This document shows positions 44,675-58,019 of a stretch of 64,000 nt of DNA, piece by piece (position 1 is the first letter of the stretch; each line of letters opens with the position of its first letter). A program made the translations under genes and the position numbers. The stretch is taken from the NCBI RefSeq assembly GCF_009914755.1, contig NC_060943.1. One strand, 5' to 3'. The DNA comes from the human T2T-CHM13v2.0 reference genome, Homo sapiens. The notes under the pieces were generated by a model. It saw only the letters and a program-made list of their open reading frames with translations, ran no database searches and was not told the origin of the DNA.

Positions 44675-45622
44675 ATGCTGGGGCTAAACCACACCTCCAT
44701 GTCTGAATTCATCCTCGTCGGCTTCTCTGCCTTCCCCCACCTCCAACTGATGCTCTTCCTGCTGTTCCTGCTGATGTACCTGTTCACACTGCTGGGCAAC
44801 CTGCTCATCATGGCCACCGTCTGGAGCGAGCGCAGCCTCCACACGCCCATGTACCTCTTCCTGTGCGTCCTCTCAGTCTCCGAGATCCTCTACACCGTGG
44901 CCATCATCCCGCGCATGCTGGCCGACCTGCTGTCCACCCAGCGCTCCATCGCCTTCCTGGCCTGTGCCAGTCAGATGTTCTTCTCCTTTAGCTTTGGCTT
45001 CACCCACTCCTTCCTGCTCACCGTCATGGGCTACGACCGCTACGTGGCCATCTGCCACCCCCTGCGCTACAACGTGCTCATGAGCCCACGGGGCTGCGCC
45101 TGCCTGGTGGGCTGCTCCTGGGCTGGTGGCTCGGTCATGGGGATGGTGGTGACCTCGGCCATTTTCCAACTGACTTTCTGTGGATCCCATGAGATCCAGC
45201 ATTTTTTATGTCATGTGCCACCTCTGTTGAAGTTGGCCTGTGGAAATAATGTACCAGCTGTGGCCCTGGGCGTGGGCTTAGTATGTATCATGGCACTGCT
45301 GGGCTGTTTTCTCCTCATCCTCCTCTCCTATGCCTTCATCGTGGCCGACATCTTGAAGATCCCTTCTGCTGAAGGTCGGAACAAGGCCTTCTCCACCTGT
45401 GCCTCTCACCTTATTGTGGTCATTGTGCACTATGGCTTTGCCTCTGTCATCTACCTCAAGCCCAAAGGTCCCCACTCTCAGGAGGGTGACACCCTGATGG
45501 CCACCACCTACGCAGTCCTCACGCCCTTCCTCAGCCCCATCATCTTCAGCCTCAGGAACAAAGAACTGAAGGTTGCCATGAAGAGGACCTTCCTCAGCAC
45601 ACTCTATTCCTCAGGCACCTGA
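44675..45622 (+). CDS. OR10H2: Olfactory receptor 10H2 (315 aa, single coding exon)
   Basis: Intact 7TM ORF with GN, LHTPMY, MGYDRYVAICHPLRY, KAFSTCASH and PFLSPIIFSLRN; ATG at 44675 follows a polypyrimidine acceptor (TAG 44661-44663). Confidence 0.95.
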   Translation: MLGLNHTSMSEFILVGFSAFPHLQLMLFLLFLLMYLFTLLGNLLIMATVWSERSLHTPMYLFLCVLSVSEILYTVAIIPRMLADLLSTQRSIAFLACASQMFFSFSFGFTHSFLLTVMGYDRYVAICHPLRYNVLMSPRGCACLVGCSWAGGSVMGMVVTSAIFQLTFCGSHEIQHFLCHVPPLLKLACGNNVPAVALGVGLVCIMALLGCFLLILLSYAFIVADILKIPSAEGRNKAFSTCASHLIVVIVHYGFASVIYLKPKGPHSQEGDTLMATTYAVLTPFLSPIIFSLRNKELKVAMKRTFLSTLYSSGT

Positions 45623-45984
45623 GTAGCTGGTGTGGAAGTGCTGATAGAATATGATAGGAGGATGACCATCACCTTGTCTGCACAGTGTGGCTAGTAATGC
45701 TTACCTTGTAAGGCAGGTGTAAAGATTTCTGTATATGACAATACTCATCACATAGTAGGTGCTCAGTAAATGTTAAAAGCATGTTTACTTCCACAACTCT
45801 TGATCTGTATGTCTTTATCTGAGTTTTAATTTTTGAGTTATAGTAGCTTTATTAAGATGTAATTCACCTACCATACAATGTACCCATTAGAGCGCACATT
45901 TCTGTGGTTTTTGCGTATTCAGAGTTATGCAACCATCATGACAATCTGGCTTAGAGTATTTTAGTCATCCAAAAAAGAAACCCA

Positions 45985-46492
45985 AATCCTAGTGCTTTGG
46001 AAGGCCGAGTGGGAGAATTGTTTGATGTCAGGAATTCACGATCGGTCTGGACAACATAGTGAGATGCCATCTACACACACACACAAACACATACACACAC
46101 ACAAGTTCTTTTTTTTTTAATTTATTACACTTTAAGTTTTAGGGTACATATGCACAACGTACAGGTTAGTTACATACATATACATGTGCCATGTTGGTGT
46201 GCTGCACCCATTAACTTGTCATTTAACATTAGGTATATCTCCTAATGCTATCCCTCCCCACTCCCCCTACCCCACAACAGGCCCCAGTCTGTGATGTTCC
46301 CCTTCCTGACACACACAAAAATTCTGATAATTAGCTAAATGGGGTGGCACATTCCTGTAGCCCCAGCTACTCCAGAGGCTGATGTGGGAGGATTGCTTGC
46401 ATCCAGGAGTTCGAGGCTGCAGTGAGCCATGATCACCACTGAACTCTGACTTGGGCAACAGAGCCAAACCTTGTCTCAAACAAACAAACAAC
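45985..46492 (+). mobile_element. AluJ split by an antisense L1PA 3'UTR fragment (46105-46308)
   Basis: Left arm, (AC)n linker, L1 tail insertion flanked by ACACACACAA, then right arm. Confidence 0.8.
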
Positions 46493-46692
46493 CCATACTC
46501 ATTATCAGTCACTCTCTGTTTCCTCCAAATCTCCATGCCCTCCAGCCCTAGGGAGCCACTAATCTTTCTGTCTGGTTAGAGTTGCTTTTTCTGGACGTTT
46601 CACATCAATGGACAACTATAAATATAATTCTTTTATTTTCAGATGAATTGTTTCACTGAGCATAATGTTTTTGAAGTTCTCCTACATTGTAG

Positions 46693-47005
<313 letters not shown>

Positions 47006-48292
47006 AGTATATCATTTTGATTGCCAAATAATATTCCATTGTATGGAAACACTACATTTTATTTACCCATTTGTCATTGATGGACATTTCAGTGTTTCTA
47101 ATTTTTGCTATTTTGAGTAATACTGCTATGAGTGATCAGTACAAGTGTTGCAATATATGCTTTCATTTCCTTGGGATATATACCTAGGAGTGAAATTGCT
47201 GGGTCAAGTGGTATTTCTATGTTTATTTTTTTAGGAACTTCCAAGCTGTTTCCTAAAGTCTATGCACCATTTTACATTCCCACCAGCAATGCTGCAGGGG
47301 TCTAGGTCTCTGCAACCTCACCAATACTTGTTACTGTCTTTTTGATCACAGCCATCTTCGTGGGTGTGAGGTGGTATCTCATTGTGGTTTTGATCTGCAT
47401 TTCCCTAGTGAGTAAGGATGTTGAACATCTCATCATGTGCTTATTGGCTATTTAGATATGTTCTTGGAGAAATAGCTATTGAGATACTCCACCCATTTTC
47501 CAATTGGGTTGTTTGTATTTTTGTTGTTAAGTTGTAAGAATGCTTTATATTTTTAGTTAAGACTCTTTTATCTGATCTGTGATTTTCAGTTATTTCCTTA
47601 TAGTTTGTGGGTTGTGTTTTCATGGTCTTTTTGGTGTCTTTCTGTAGCACAATAGATTTACATTTTGATAACATCAGTGTACCTATTTTTTTTTTTGTTG
47701 CTTGTGCTTTTGGTGTCACATCTAAAAAAACATTGTATTGCTTTATCTAAGGTCATGAACATCTACGTTGCCTCATAAGAGTTTTGTAGTTTTAGCTCTT
47801 ACATTTGGGTTTTTGATATATTTTGAGTGTCAAACTTTGTGTATGGTGTGAGGTAGGGGCCTAATCTTAGTTTTGGCTGGGTTCAGTGTGGTTGAATGAA
47901 TCCTGTCTGTGAACTTCCATCAGTGACCTATGTCTGTGATTATATAAGTTTGTGAGGATGAGGAAATAATCATCACACACACACATGGCCCTAGGCAGAC
48001 ACATCATTCATACTGAATTAGTAAACACACTTCATTCCCAGCTACTAGGTTGCTTCCCATGCTGTTGCACAGCAATAGTAAAATAATAATGGTAGCCACT
48101 GTATGAGTGTCTACTGTATGTTGAGCTGTATACTATGTCCAGCACCCTTCATAGATCATCTCTTCATTTCTAAAACTGTGTAACAGGTAAAAAGACAAGT
48201 GTGCCAGCAAAAATTGCTTATTATTTTTAATTTCTCAAAGGTTTTGAGGGAGATTGAGTTCTAGAAAGAGATTTCTCTATACAAGCTGTGGA

Positions 48293-48602
48293 AAGTGGGC
48301 ATGGTGGCTCATGCCTGCAATCTTAGCTACTTGGGAGGCTTAGGTGGAAGGTTAACTTAAGTCCAGGAGTTTGAGACCAGCCTTGGCAACACAGGGAAAC
48401 CCCAATTTTACAAAAAAAAAATACAAAATATTAGCTGGGCATGTTTGCACTAGCCTCTAGTCCCAGATACTCAGGAGGCTGAGGCAGGAGGATCACTTGA
48501 GCCCAGGAGATTGAGGCTGCAGTGAGCTGTGATCACATTACTGCAATCCAACCTGGGTGACAGAATGAGACCCTGTCTCAGAAAAAAAAAAAAAAAAAAA
48601 AA
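48293..48602 (+). mobile_element. AluJ
   Basis: GGATCACTTGAGCCCAGGAG...GAGGCTGCAGTGAGC diagnostic of J. Confidence 0.88.
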
Positions 48603-48896
48603 GACTGCCTCAAGCCTAGTTTGCTATATACTACTTGTACTTGCTGACAAATTGGATTGTGCATCTAATTTTATGGCTTTGTGAACAGAACGTGCCTAGT
48701 CCAGGATAAGCATATTGGGTTGTGTCCTTAATGGGGCTCAGAAGTGAGTGAAGCCTTATTGTCCCAGGAAAGAATAGTGATTTCTCGCTCTAACATATTA
48801 AACATTTCCACTGTGGATCTCCTATTGAGCTCTGCAAGGTTTTACACAACATCCTCATTTTCCAGTTGCTCAGAGCACCATTGGGTCTGTTGGATT

Positions 48897-49060
48897 TTGA
48901 GAAATAAAAATAAAATCCTAAGGCCCCCAACCAACTGAACAGACACCCTCTTGAACATAAGAACCCCAGAGAAATCTTAAAAACCGTGTTCCCAGCTGTG
49001 ATGGAAGGAGAGGTTGGCTATCCCTCAGTATGGCCCTTCCTTATCAATCTTTAACCAGAA
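48897..49060 (+). mobile_element. ERV1-type LTR fragment
   Basis: TGAGAAATAAAAATAAAATCCTAAGGCCCCCAACCAACTGAAC resembles MER4-group LTR 5' ends. Confidence 0.5.
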
Positions 49061-49628
49061 TTCTCCATCCCTGTCTCCTTTGAGACTGGAATCTTCCCAT
49101 CCTTTGCATGAGCTAAAATCTCCCTGGGCAGAGAGGTAGCAGTGAGCCCTGTGTGCTGGAGGAAGAGGTGGAGGCTGCAGGTTCCTGAATGCTCCCTGAG
49201 GCTCTTCCTGGCCTCTCCAGACCCAGAGGACAGCCTTTCCAGCGTGGTTTCCTGTAGAGGCCCATGGGAATGATCTGCTGGGAAGGTCACTGCAGGAATA
49301 AAGCTCACAGCACCAGTTCAAGGAGGCCCTGGGTCTGGCTCCTACACTTGCCTGCAGGTGTCCTGTGAAAACACCTAAAAAGGGTGTTTTTTGTGCCTTT
49401 TCCTTAGAGCCACTTCATTGAAGGCAGCCCCAGGTGGAGGTGGACCAAGAGGAGGAGGGTATAAGGGCAGAGTCAGAGAGCTGTGGATGGAGCTGCCCAG
49501 CCTAGAGTTGGGGTGCAGAACTGGGGAGACGAGGAAAAGAGAGAGATCTCAACTTTAGTTGACTTCCTGGGGCCTTCTGTGTTTGCCCACTCAAGATGCC
49601 TGGTTGTTTAGTGAGCCCAGGCACTCAT

Positions 49629-49857
49629 ATCAGTTCTCAACTGGACGTGATTCTGGCCCTCAGGGGTCAATTGGTCGTGCCTGGAGACGGTTTGGTTGTC
49701 AGGACTTGTGTATGGGGGTTGGGGGGATTTTCCTACTAGCATCTAAGAGATTGAGGCCAAGCATGCCACTAAATGTCAGACAATGCATAGGACAGCTCCC
49801 AGCACAAAGAATGATCCGTCCCAAACCTCACGAGTGCTGAGACTGAGAAACGCTGTT
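49629..49857. mobile_element. MER20-like DNA transposon
   Basis: CAGTTCTCAAC...GCCCTCAGGGG...TGAGAAACGCTG terminal pattern. Confidence 0.7.
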
Positions 49858-50231
49858 CTAGGTATATTTTGTCTTCACTGTTGTGCCCCTGCTAACCTGG
49901 GGGCAAGGCTCTGTGGGAGGGCAGGATGCACTCCAGTGCTGTGAGATGTTTGCTCAGCCTGTATGTATGAGCCATCTGCAATGATACCAGAGTAGGCAGA
50001 ATTCTGTCCACTTGTCAGAGGAGATGGGGAAGCCGGGCCTTGAGAGCTGTGGCTGCTCCAGTAAGCAGGAGGTGGGATGTTGGACTGTAGGGGTGAGACA
50101 GGGGCTTGAGGAGAGGGGGAAGGTTAGATGAGACTCTTGGTTGGATCAGACACTGTGTTGTGTCATTGCCAGAAATCCTAAGGACCCTGCTGGGGTCAGA
50201 GAATTAGCCTAGAATGGGGTCAGCAAGTGAC

Positions 50232-50347
50232 ATTTGTAACAGAACAACACAAACAAACCAGCTCAGAAGACCAAAATCATTATCAGTCAATGACAATGAC
50301 TTTTGCAAGGTGGACTCTCACAGTGCTCTGGTTACTCCTGTTTTTCA
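50232..50347 (-). pseudogene. Degenerate type II TM exon (CD23/FCER2-like), possible second lectin-like relic
   Basis: Acceptor CTCTCCCCAAG|; with one frameshift and one stop repaired it reads KNRSNQSTVRVHLAKVIVI(G)LIMILVF(W)AGLFVLFCYK; phase-1 GT at 50231. Confidence 0.35.
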
Positions 50348-51829
50348 CTTGGGGAGAGTAGCCTCGAAGCTGCAAAGTCGTTTCTCCAAAGACACACAGT
50401 GATGGCTGGGGTTTCCACCCTGAGTCTGATGCCTCCACAACTTGTAAACATTTCAGGAAATTCTCTCTGGAAGCCAGAGTGGAGTGTGTGCAGAGGAGAG
50501 GAGATGAGGAGGATGGGGCAGTGGCCCAGGAGAGGGGATGGAGAGGAAGGGAGCAGATGGAGAAGTGCTTAGTAGGAGAGAGGGCGCCCAGCAATGGGAG
50601 GGATGGGGAAGGAAGATGGCTGATGCTGGAGTATGGTTTCTGGGTAGGGCAGCTTCGTGGTCAGAAGACTTTCCTTCCGTGTCATAAGTGTGGTCTTTTC
50701 ATGTGGGATACGTCATCCTCACTCCAGTAAAGTTCCTCACTGTCCGGGTGATTCTGTGTTCTCCAAGCGCCTGACTGACTCCTGCTTTGGTCAGGGGATA
50801 CTTCAGACAATATCCTAGTGAGACTGCTAGGGGGATGTAATGATGAATGGGCCCATCCAGAAAGAAAGATTTCAGAAACTCTTGTAGCAATGTGGCTCAC
50901 ATTATTCATAAAAATATTTGTTTCTTTTATGGTAGAATTCAGGTGCAAAGGTTTGAGTCCATGATATTTTCAGTTTGTGGCTTTTGATTAACATTGATTT
51001 GCGAAAGATCCTTCTCTTATTTCATTTGTTTCACTTTGTTTCCGTTCTTTGACAGGCATTTTCACACACTTAGTATGCACTTTTTGATTTGTATATGTTC
51101 TTGTAAGAAACACATTGCTTTCTGTCTGCACAAAATTTAATGTGACTATTTTAAAATGGTAAATTAATGGACTTAATTTTATTAGAGCAGTTTTAACTTT
51201 ATAGAAATATTGATCAGAAAGTATAGAGAGTTCTCACATACGCTTCACCCCTGCATGTGGGATTGTCTCTCCTATTATTGACATCTTGCATTTCTGTATC
51301 ACCTGTGTTACACTCGATGAACCAATATTGATGCATTGTTATTAACTAAATTTCATAGTTTGTATTAGGTTATGCTCTTTGCATTGTGTATATGGATTTT
51401 GACAAATGACATGGGTTCATTATTACTATATCATTCAGAATAGTTTTATGTACATATATTCTTAATGTGTCCACAAGAGTTCATTCTGTTTTTTTGTTTT
51501 TTTCACTCAATATTATTTTAAAAGTTCATTTATATTACTATGTGTGCATCTAACTCGTGACAAAAGCTCTATATCCTTTTGCCTCTATATCCGTTGTTTG
51601 CCTCTATATACTTTTACCTGCCTTCTCCCCAGTTAGGGACAAGCAGGCTTATCCATCACCCCCACTAAAATAACTGCTGCAGGAAACATTCTTTTACATG
51701 TCCCCCTATAAACAGGTTTCAGAAGTCAAGATAGATATACAGTAGCAAATTTGCTGGTACACAGAGCATGAATCCCATTAAAAATTTTAATTTCCAACAT
51801 TCTACATGCCCACTAATAGTATGTAAGTA

Positions 51830-52178
51830 TTTCCCCTTCCCCTTCCCCTCCTTCTCCTTCTCCTTCTGCTTCTTCTTCTTCCTCTTCCTCTTCCTCTGAT
51901 GGAGTCTTACTCTGTGGCCCAGGCTGGAGTGCAGTGGCGGCATCTCAGCTCACTGAAACTTCCACCTCCAGGGGTTCAAGTGATTGTTATGCCTTAGCTT
52001 CCCAAGTAGCTGGGATTACAGATGTGTACCTCCAGCCTGGCTGATTTCTGTCTTTTTGGTAGAGACAGGGTTTTGCCATGTTGGCATAGCTGGTTTTAAA
52101 CTCCTGGCCTCATGTGATCCTCCTCCCTCGGCCTCCCAAAGTGCTGGGGTTATAGGCGTGAGCCTCCGCGCCCAGCCT
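51830..52178 (-). mobile_element. Alu (J/S) with pyrimidine-rich tail
   Basis: Antisense Alu dimer. Confidence 0.85.
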
Positions 52179-53055
52179 ATAGTGTGTAAATATTTCTTTC
52201 TCCTCATAGCCCAACCAATACTGGACATTTTATAATTTTGGGAATTGCATAGGTATACAGTGAAATTCCACTCTCTCTTTCATTTTCCCCTTCCCTCCAT
52301 TCTTTTCCTTTTTGTTTTCTTTTTCTTTTTTCTTTTTTTTCGAGCATCCTTTCATCTGCCTGAGTAATTCCTGTGCATTATCTTCTCACATCTTTTGCTC
52401 GTTTTTGCATTAAGATACCTACTTCTTCTTGATATAACTGGTTCCTTGTTTGTTCTAGATATAACTCTCTTGTCAGTTTTTAAGAAATTCCCCACACCAC
52501 TGGATGTGCTCCTGTCGGTTTTAGACAATGCAAATAATTTTTCCCCATTTCCCATCTGCCTGTTAACTTCATCCTGGAAATCCTTTGTTGAATGGAAATC
52601 CTCAATGTTGATTTTTTTAATGTTTTAAAAATCATCTTAATGATTGTGCTTTGGAAATTTTGTTTAGGAAGTCTTTCCTCAAGCCTAGATCACAAAGTTA
52701 TTCTCCTATACTTTCTTCTCTTAAATTTACACCTTGATATTTGGTATTTATTTCTTGAATGCATCTGGATCCTCCTTTGTATGTAGAGTTTGGCAGAAAT
52801 TCAGATTGACTTGCTTCATAAAATGAGCAGTTTTCTCACTACAATGGGTGAACAACCTACCTTCTCCTCTTGATTTGTGCCAGTACATTTATCGTGTACT
52901 ATATTAGGTTTTGAATAATGCAGGGTTATTTTCTGAGATTTCCAATCGACTTACCCAGACCTAGGTCTGTTCCACGTTTCATAATTTTAAAAATGACTAT
53001 GACTCTATTGTGTGTCTCAGCGCGTGGGAGGGAACAGCTCTTCCCTTGATTCCAT

Positions 53056-53337
53056 ATTTATTTATTTATTTATTTATTTTAGACAGAGTCTCACTCTGTC
53101 ACCCAGGCAGCACACTGCAACCTCCGCCTCCCAGGTTCAAGCAATTCTTGTGCCTCAGCCTCCCAAGTGGCTGGGATTACAAGTGGGCCATCACACCTGG
53201 CTAATTTTTGTATATTTAGTAGAGACGGGCTTTCGCCATGTTGCTCCGGCTGGTCTTGAATTCCTGACCTCAAGTGTTCTGCCCAGCTCGGCCTCCCAAA
53301 GTTCTGGGATTACAGGTGTGAGCCACCGTGCCTGGCC
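53056..53337 (-). mobile_element. AluS with (TTTA)n tail
   Basis: Antisense Alu with a small internal deletion. Confidence 0.88.
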
Positions 53338-53921
53338 TGATATTTATTTTTCTGAAGGAATTTTCAAATAGTTTTATCAAATTTACAGTTGATTCACTGG
53401 AATTGTAAATATAATACAATATTATATTATTGAGTATTATTAAGTATTGAGGTTATAATTTGAGGATGAATTGACACCATTAGCACATCAGGCCATCCCA
53501 GCCAAGACTCTATACTGCTCCCCATGTGTTCAGATCATCTTCTACATTTTTATTAGTATGTATTTAAAATTTTTTCTTTGGAGCTATGTCATGTTTTTGG
53601 TTAATTCCTAGATATTTTATAGCAGATTTTTTCAAAGTGTGACATGAGGACCTCTGCAGAGTGGTCCCTGAAATCCTTATTTTTCAAATTTACATGTGAG
53701 AATATATTTTCATCATATGCTTCAATATATTGCCACAGACTGAATGAAGAGGCAGATGAAACCATCAAGCTGTTTCCTGCCAAGCTAGGACATATGAGGT
53801 ATTGGCTAAAATGTCAAACAAGGCCACTCTTCTCATGAAATGCTTTTTTCCTAATGTGATTATTTGCCTGAAAATGTTTCCCATATTAGCATTCAATAGA
53901 CTTACTATTGCTCTTTAGAAA

Positions 53922-54211
53922 TTTTTTTTTGAGACGAAGTCTCACTCTGTTGCCCAGGCTGGAGTGCGGTGGCATGATCTCGGCTCACTGCAATCTCCGC
54001 CTCCCGGGTTCAAGTGATTCTCTGGCTCAGCCTCCCAAGTGGATGGGATTACAGGCGCGTGCCCCCATGCCCAGCTAATTTTTGTATTTTTTGTAGAGAC
54101 CTGGTTTCACCATGTTGGCCAGGCTGGTCTCAAACTCCTGACCTCAAGTGATCCACCCACTTCGGCCTCCCAAGGTGCTGGGATTACAGGCGTGAGCCAC
54201 CGTGCCTGGGC
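53922..54211 (-). mobile_element. AluS inserted in a hAT-Charlie-like fragment
   Basis: Antisense Alu; flanks 53620-54355 resemble Charlie/MER-type DNA transposon sequence. Confidence 0.85.
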
Positions 54212-56018
54212 ATGCTTTTTTAAATATACTAATAACTAAATATTTTTAATAATTTTCAATTTTCATTTCCAATATGGTAAAAATGGATAGTTCTAAACCA
54301 CATAAACAAAAGCCCTTTAGAGTGCTTAGTAACTTTGAGGTGTAAAGGGATCCTGAGCGATGTTTCTTTATATTAATAGTTTGTGTTGCTATTGGGACTG
54401 TTCTCTTTCTCTGTATTCAGATTATACTTCTTGAATGCTTGTTACTGGTGTGATACTAGGAGGATCACTGGGGTTTTTGCCAGCTGACCTTGCCTTCTGC
54501 ATCACTGGGCTCTGTTGCTGTTCTAATACATGATGTCATCATTCTTTCATCTTTTCTAGGTAGATGATCACGTCTCTTCCCTTCCAGTCCTTAGATACCT
54601 TAGATAACTTGTTTCTTTCCCTTACCTTATACCATCACTCACGAATTTCAGCTCCATGTTAAAGAACAGCGGAATTAGTGAGTATCCTTGGCTTTTTCTT
54701 GACTCTAAAGTGATGCATGGAAAAGTTTCTTCTTCAGTGTTGTATTTGCTAATTTGTGCTATATATTCTATATCTAGTTAAGAAAGTCTCCTTGGATTTT
54801 GTGTTGTGAAGTGTTTTTTTTTAAATCATAATAGGAGTAGGGTTTTAGAGAATGTATTTATGCCTTGATTGAAATAATCATGATTTTTCTTTTTAAATCG
54901 ATTCCTGTGATAAATTGTATGATAGGTTTTCTGATGTTAACCAATCTTGTCATTTATGGAATAAACCAATGCCACTTGATCATGGTAAACTATTTTTAAT
55001 ACACCATTAGATTTGAATAGGTTATGTTTTATTCTGGAATTTTAAATCTGCCTGGATAGGTGAAGTAGGCCTATAATTGTCTCTTTTTCTCGGTGAAGAT
55101 TCTTGCCTGATTTTAGACAAAGATTGCATTAACTTGAGGAGATGTGTTTGTCAGATTTCCTAACTCTTTTCTATTTTTTTGAAGATCATGTGTAAGATTC
55201 TAACCAACTGTTTTTTTTTTTAACAGTTTAATAGTACTTACCGCACTTTAATAAAACCCACTGGGGCAAAGATTTTAGAGAGACGATCTTTGACTACCGT
55301 TTCAATTTCTTTAAAGCTTATTTGAGCATATAGCATCCCCTTTTTTCTTGCACCAGTTTTGGAATTTTATATTTTTCTAAGTACTTGTTCATTTCATCTA
55401 CAATGTAAATTTGTTATTTCTTTTACTATTTTTATTAATTTAAAAATATCAATTGTCTCTGTAATTATTTCCCATTTGTAATTTTGGGTTCTGTTATTGG
55501 TACCTTCTCCTTGTTTATCTTATTAATTTTTTCCAATAACTTGATTTTGATTTTATTATGCATGATTTTTTTCTTGAGGCAGTTTTTTGATAAAGGTATT
55601 TTGAGCTGTATATTTCCTTCAAAGTACTATTTTAGGTTAAAATGTTGACATTCAATATTTAAATTATCATTTAATTCTAAATATTCCTCCATTTTATGAT
55701 TTACTGTTGAAACTGTAGATTATTTAATTATATAGTTATCTTCCAAACACATGAGATTTGTAAAGCTATTTCTTCCCTATTGATTTTTAATGTTAATTCA
55801 TTATAATCTATATCATATTATTATGCTTTGGAATTAAATAAATTTTTATATTCTAATGAAATGTCCATTTTTGTAAAAGTCGCTGAGTGGTTGAAAGAGT
55901 GTTAATTTTCTTTTTGGTGAAGAGTCTAATATATATAATAGCTAATGTCTGGATATTATTAATTGCTTTGTAATTAATAATTAATAAATTGCATTTCTGA
56001 ACTCTGTTAAAATTTCTA

Positions 56019-56414
<396 letters not shown>

Positions 56415-56597
56415 TTACATGGATTTATAGTATTGATGCTGTTTGCTATGTTCTTTTAATGGGTATAAATGTTATTCTCTGTCCCTTAGTGTGTGTGCAT
56501 GTGTGTGTGTGTGAGATGTAAAAATCTTGGTATGCATTGAAAAACTAAACATTTACCTTCATAGTCAAAATAACCAGATAACACTTACAAAAATAAT

Positions 56598-56896
56598 TAG
56601 CTGAGCATGGTGGCTCATGTGTATAATCCCACCACTTTGGGAGGCTGAGACAGGAAGATTGCTTGAGGCCAGGAATTAGAGACCAGTTTGGGCAACAAAG
56701 CAAAGCCCTGTCTCTACAAAAAAAAAAAAAAAAATGTTTAATTAGACAGGTGAGGTGGCACACATCTGTAGTCCAGCTATTTAGGAGACTGAGAAGAAGC
56801 ATAACTTGAGCCCAGGAGTTCCAGGATGCAGTGAGTCATGATCCTACTACTGCACTGTAACCTAGGGGGCAGAGTGAGACCTTGTCTCTAAAAAAT
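56598..56896 (+). mobile_element. AluJ
   Basis: Diverged sense Alu dimer. Confidence 0.85.
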
Positions 56897-58019
56897 TCAC
56901 AATTAGATCAATAATAATGCTTTAATATTACTCATACGTAATCATTCATTCATACTGTAATCAAAATGTTCTCTATTGCCTTAAAATACTTACAGCTGGT
57001 TATGTAGATCAAGATTCAACTAGTCCCCTATGTTGCATCCAGTTACTATGTCCTGGAATCTCTCTTATCCTTTCAATGTACCTCTATCAGTGAAACCAGA
57101 CCAATTGTTCTGTGGAATTATCCACCTTCTGGATTTTTCTGAAAGCTTTCTCATTATATAATTTAGCTTGTTCCTCCATCTTCTGTACAATGATTATTGT
57201 TTTTGACTAGTGGGCATCTTTTCAATCTGGTACCTGCAGGCTTTTAATATTATCCCATTACTTAGTGAAAATTTCATTTTACACTGGTAGAAGATGTCCA
57301 AGGCTTTCTTCCATGTCCAGACCACAGATCAGCCATGTGTTAAGGAACTCTACTTCCCTGTAGAGGTGTATTGTATTAGAGACCTTGCGATCATTGTTTC
57401 CTTAAATTCCACTTTTTTATTAAGGTTGCAGCCTCAGCTTTCATTTGGTGCATATTCTTCAGACATATATTTACCCATCCTTTTATTTTTGAATTTTCTA
57501 TTCAGATTTATTAGAATAGTAAATGTGTAATTTGAAATAAGATGGCATAAATGAGTATCAATAAATGAGTATTAAAATAAATGTAAACGGGTTAAATAAG
57601 CAATTAAAAGACAAAGACTCTTGGGGAACAAAAATTTAAGGCTCAAGATCAAAATAAATGTTTTCTAGAACTGGCACATTTTCAGGGGAATCTGACCCTG
57701 ATCATCCATGCCTGTCTCTAATGGCTCCAAGTATTGAAACTTTTCTTTATGTTAGTCAGTGTTAATGGAAACCCAATTAGTAGCCAACCTCTGACTTGGT
57801 CATCTAATATATTGATCTCGTTTGATCTTTGTCACATTGCTGAATGTTAAGAACTATTATTATTTACTCCATTTAACAGATGAGGAAAGTGAGACCCAGA
57901 AAGTTCCACCAGTTGTTGAATAGCATAGAGCTGTTGGGTTTCCATTTGGTCTGTGCTAGAGTCTAAGTTTTAACCACTGTCACTTAATTTTGTTTCTGAT
58001 CTCACCAGATACAGTATCC

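Noticed and set aside
47960-48075. Minus-strand QPSS..GNEVC..NDVS resembling a C-type lectin CRD last exon
   Set aside because: Needs several frameshifts, and an alternative reading (MGSNLV) fits equally poorly; chance level without a search.
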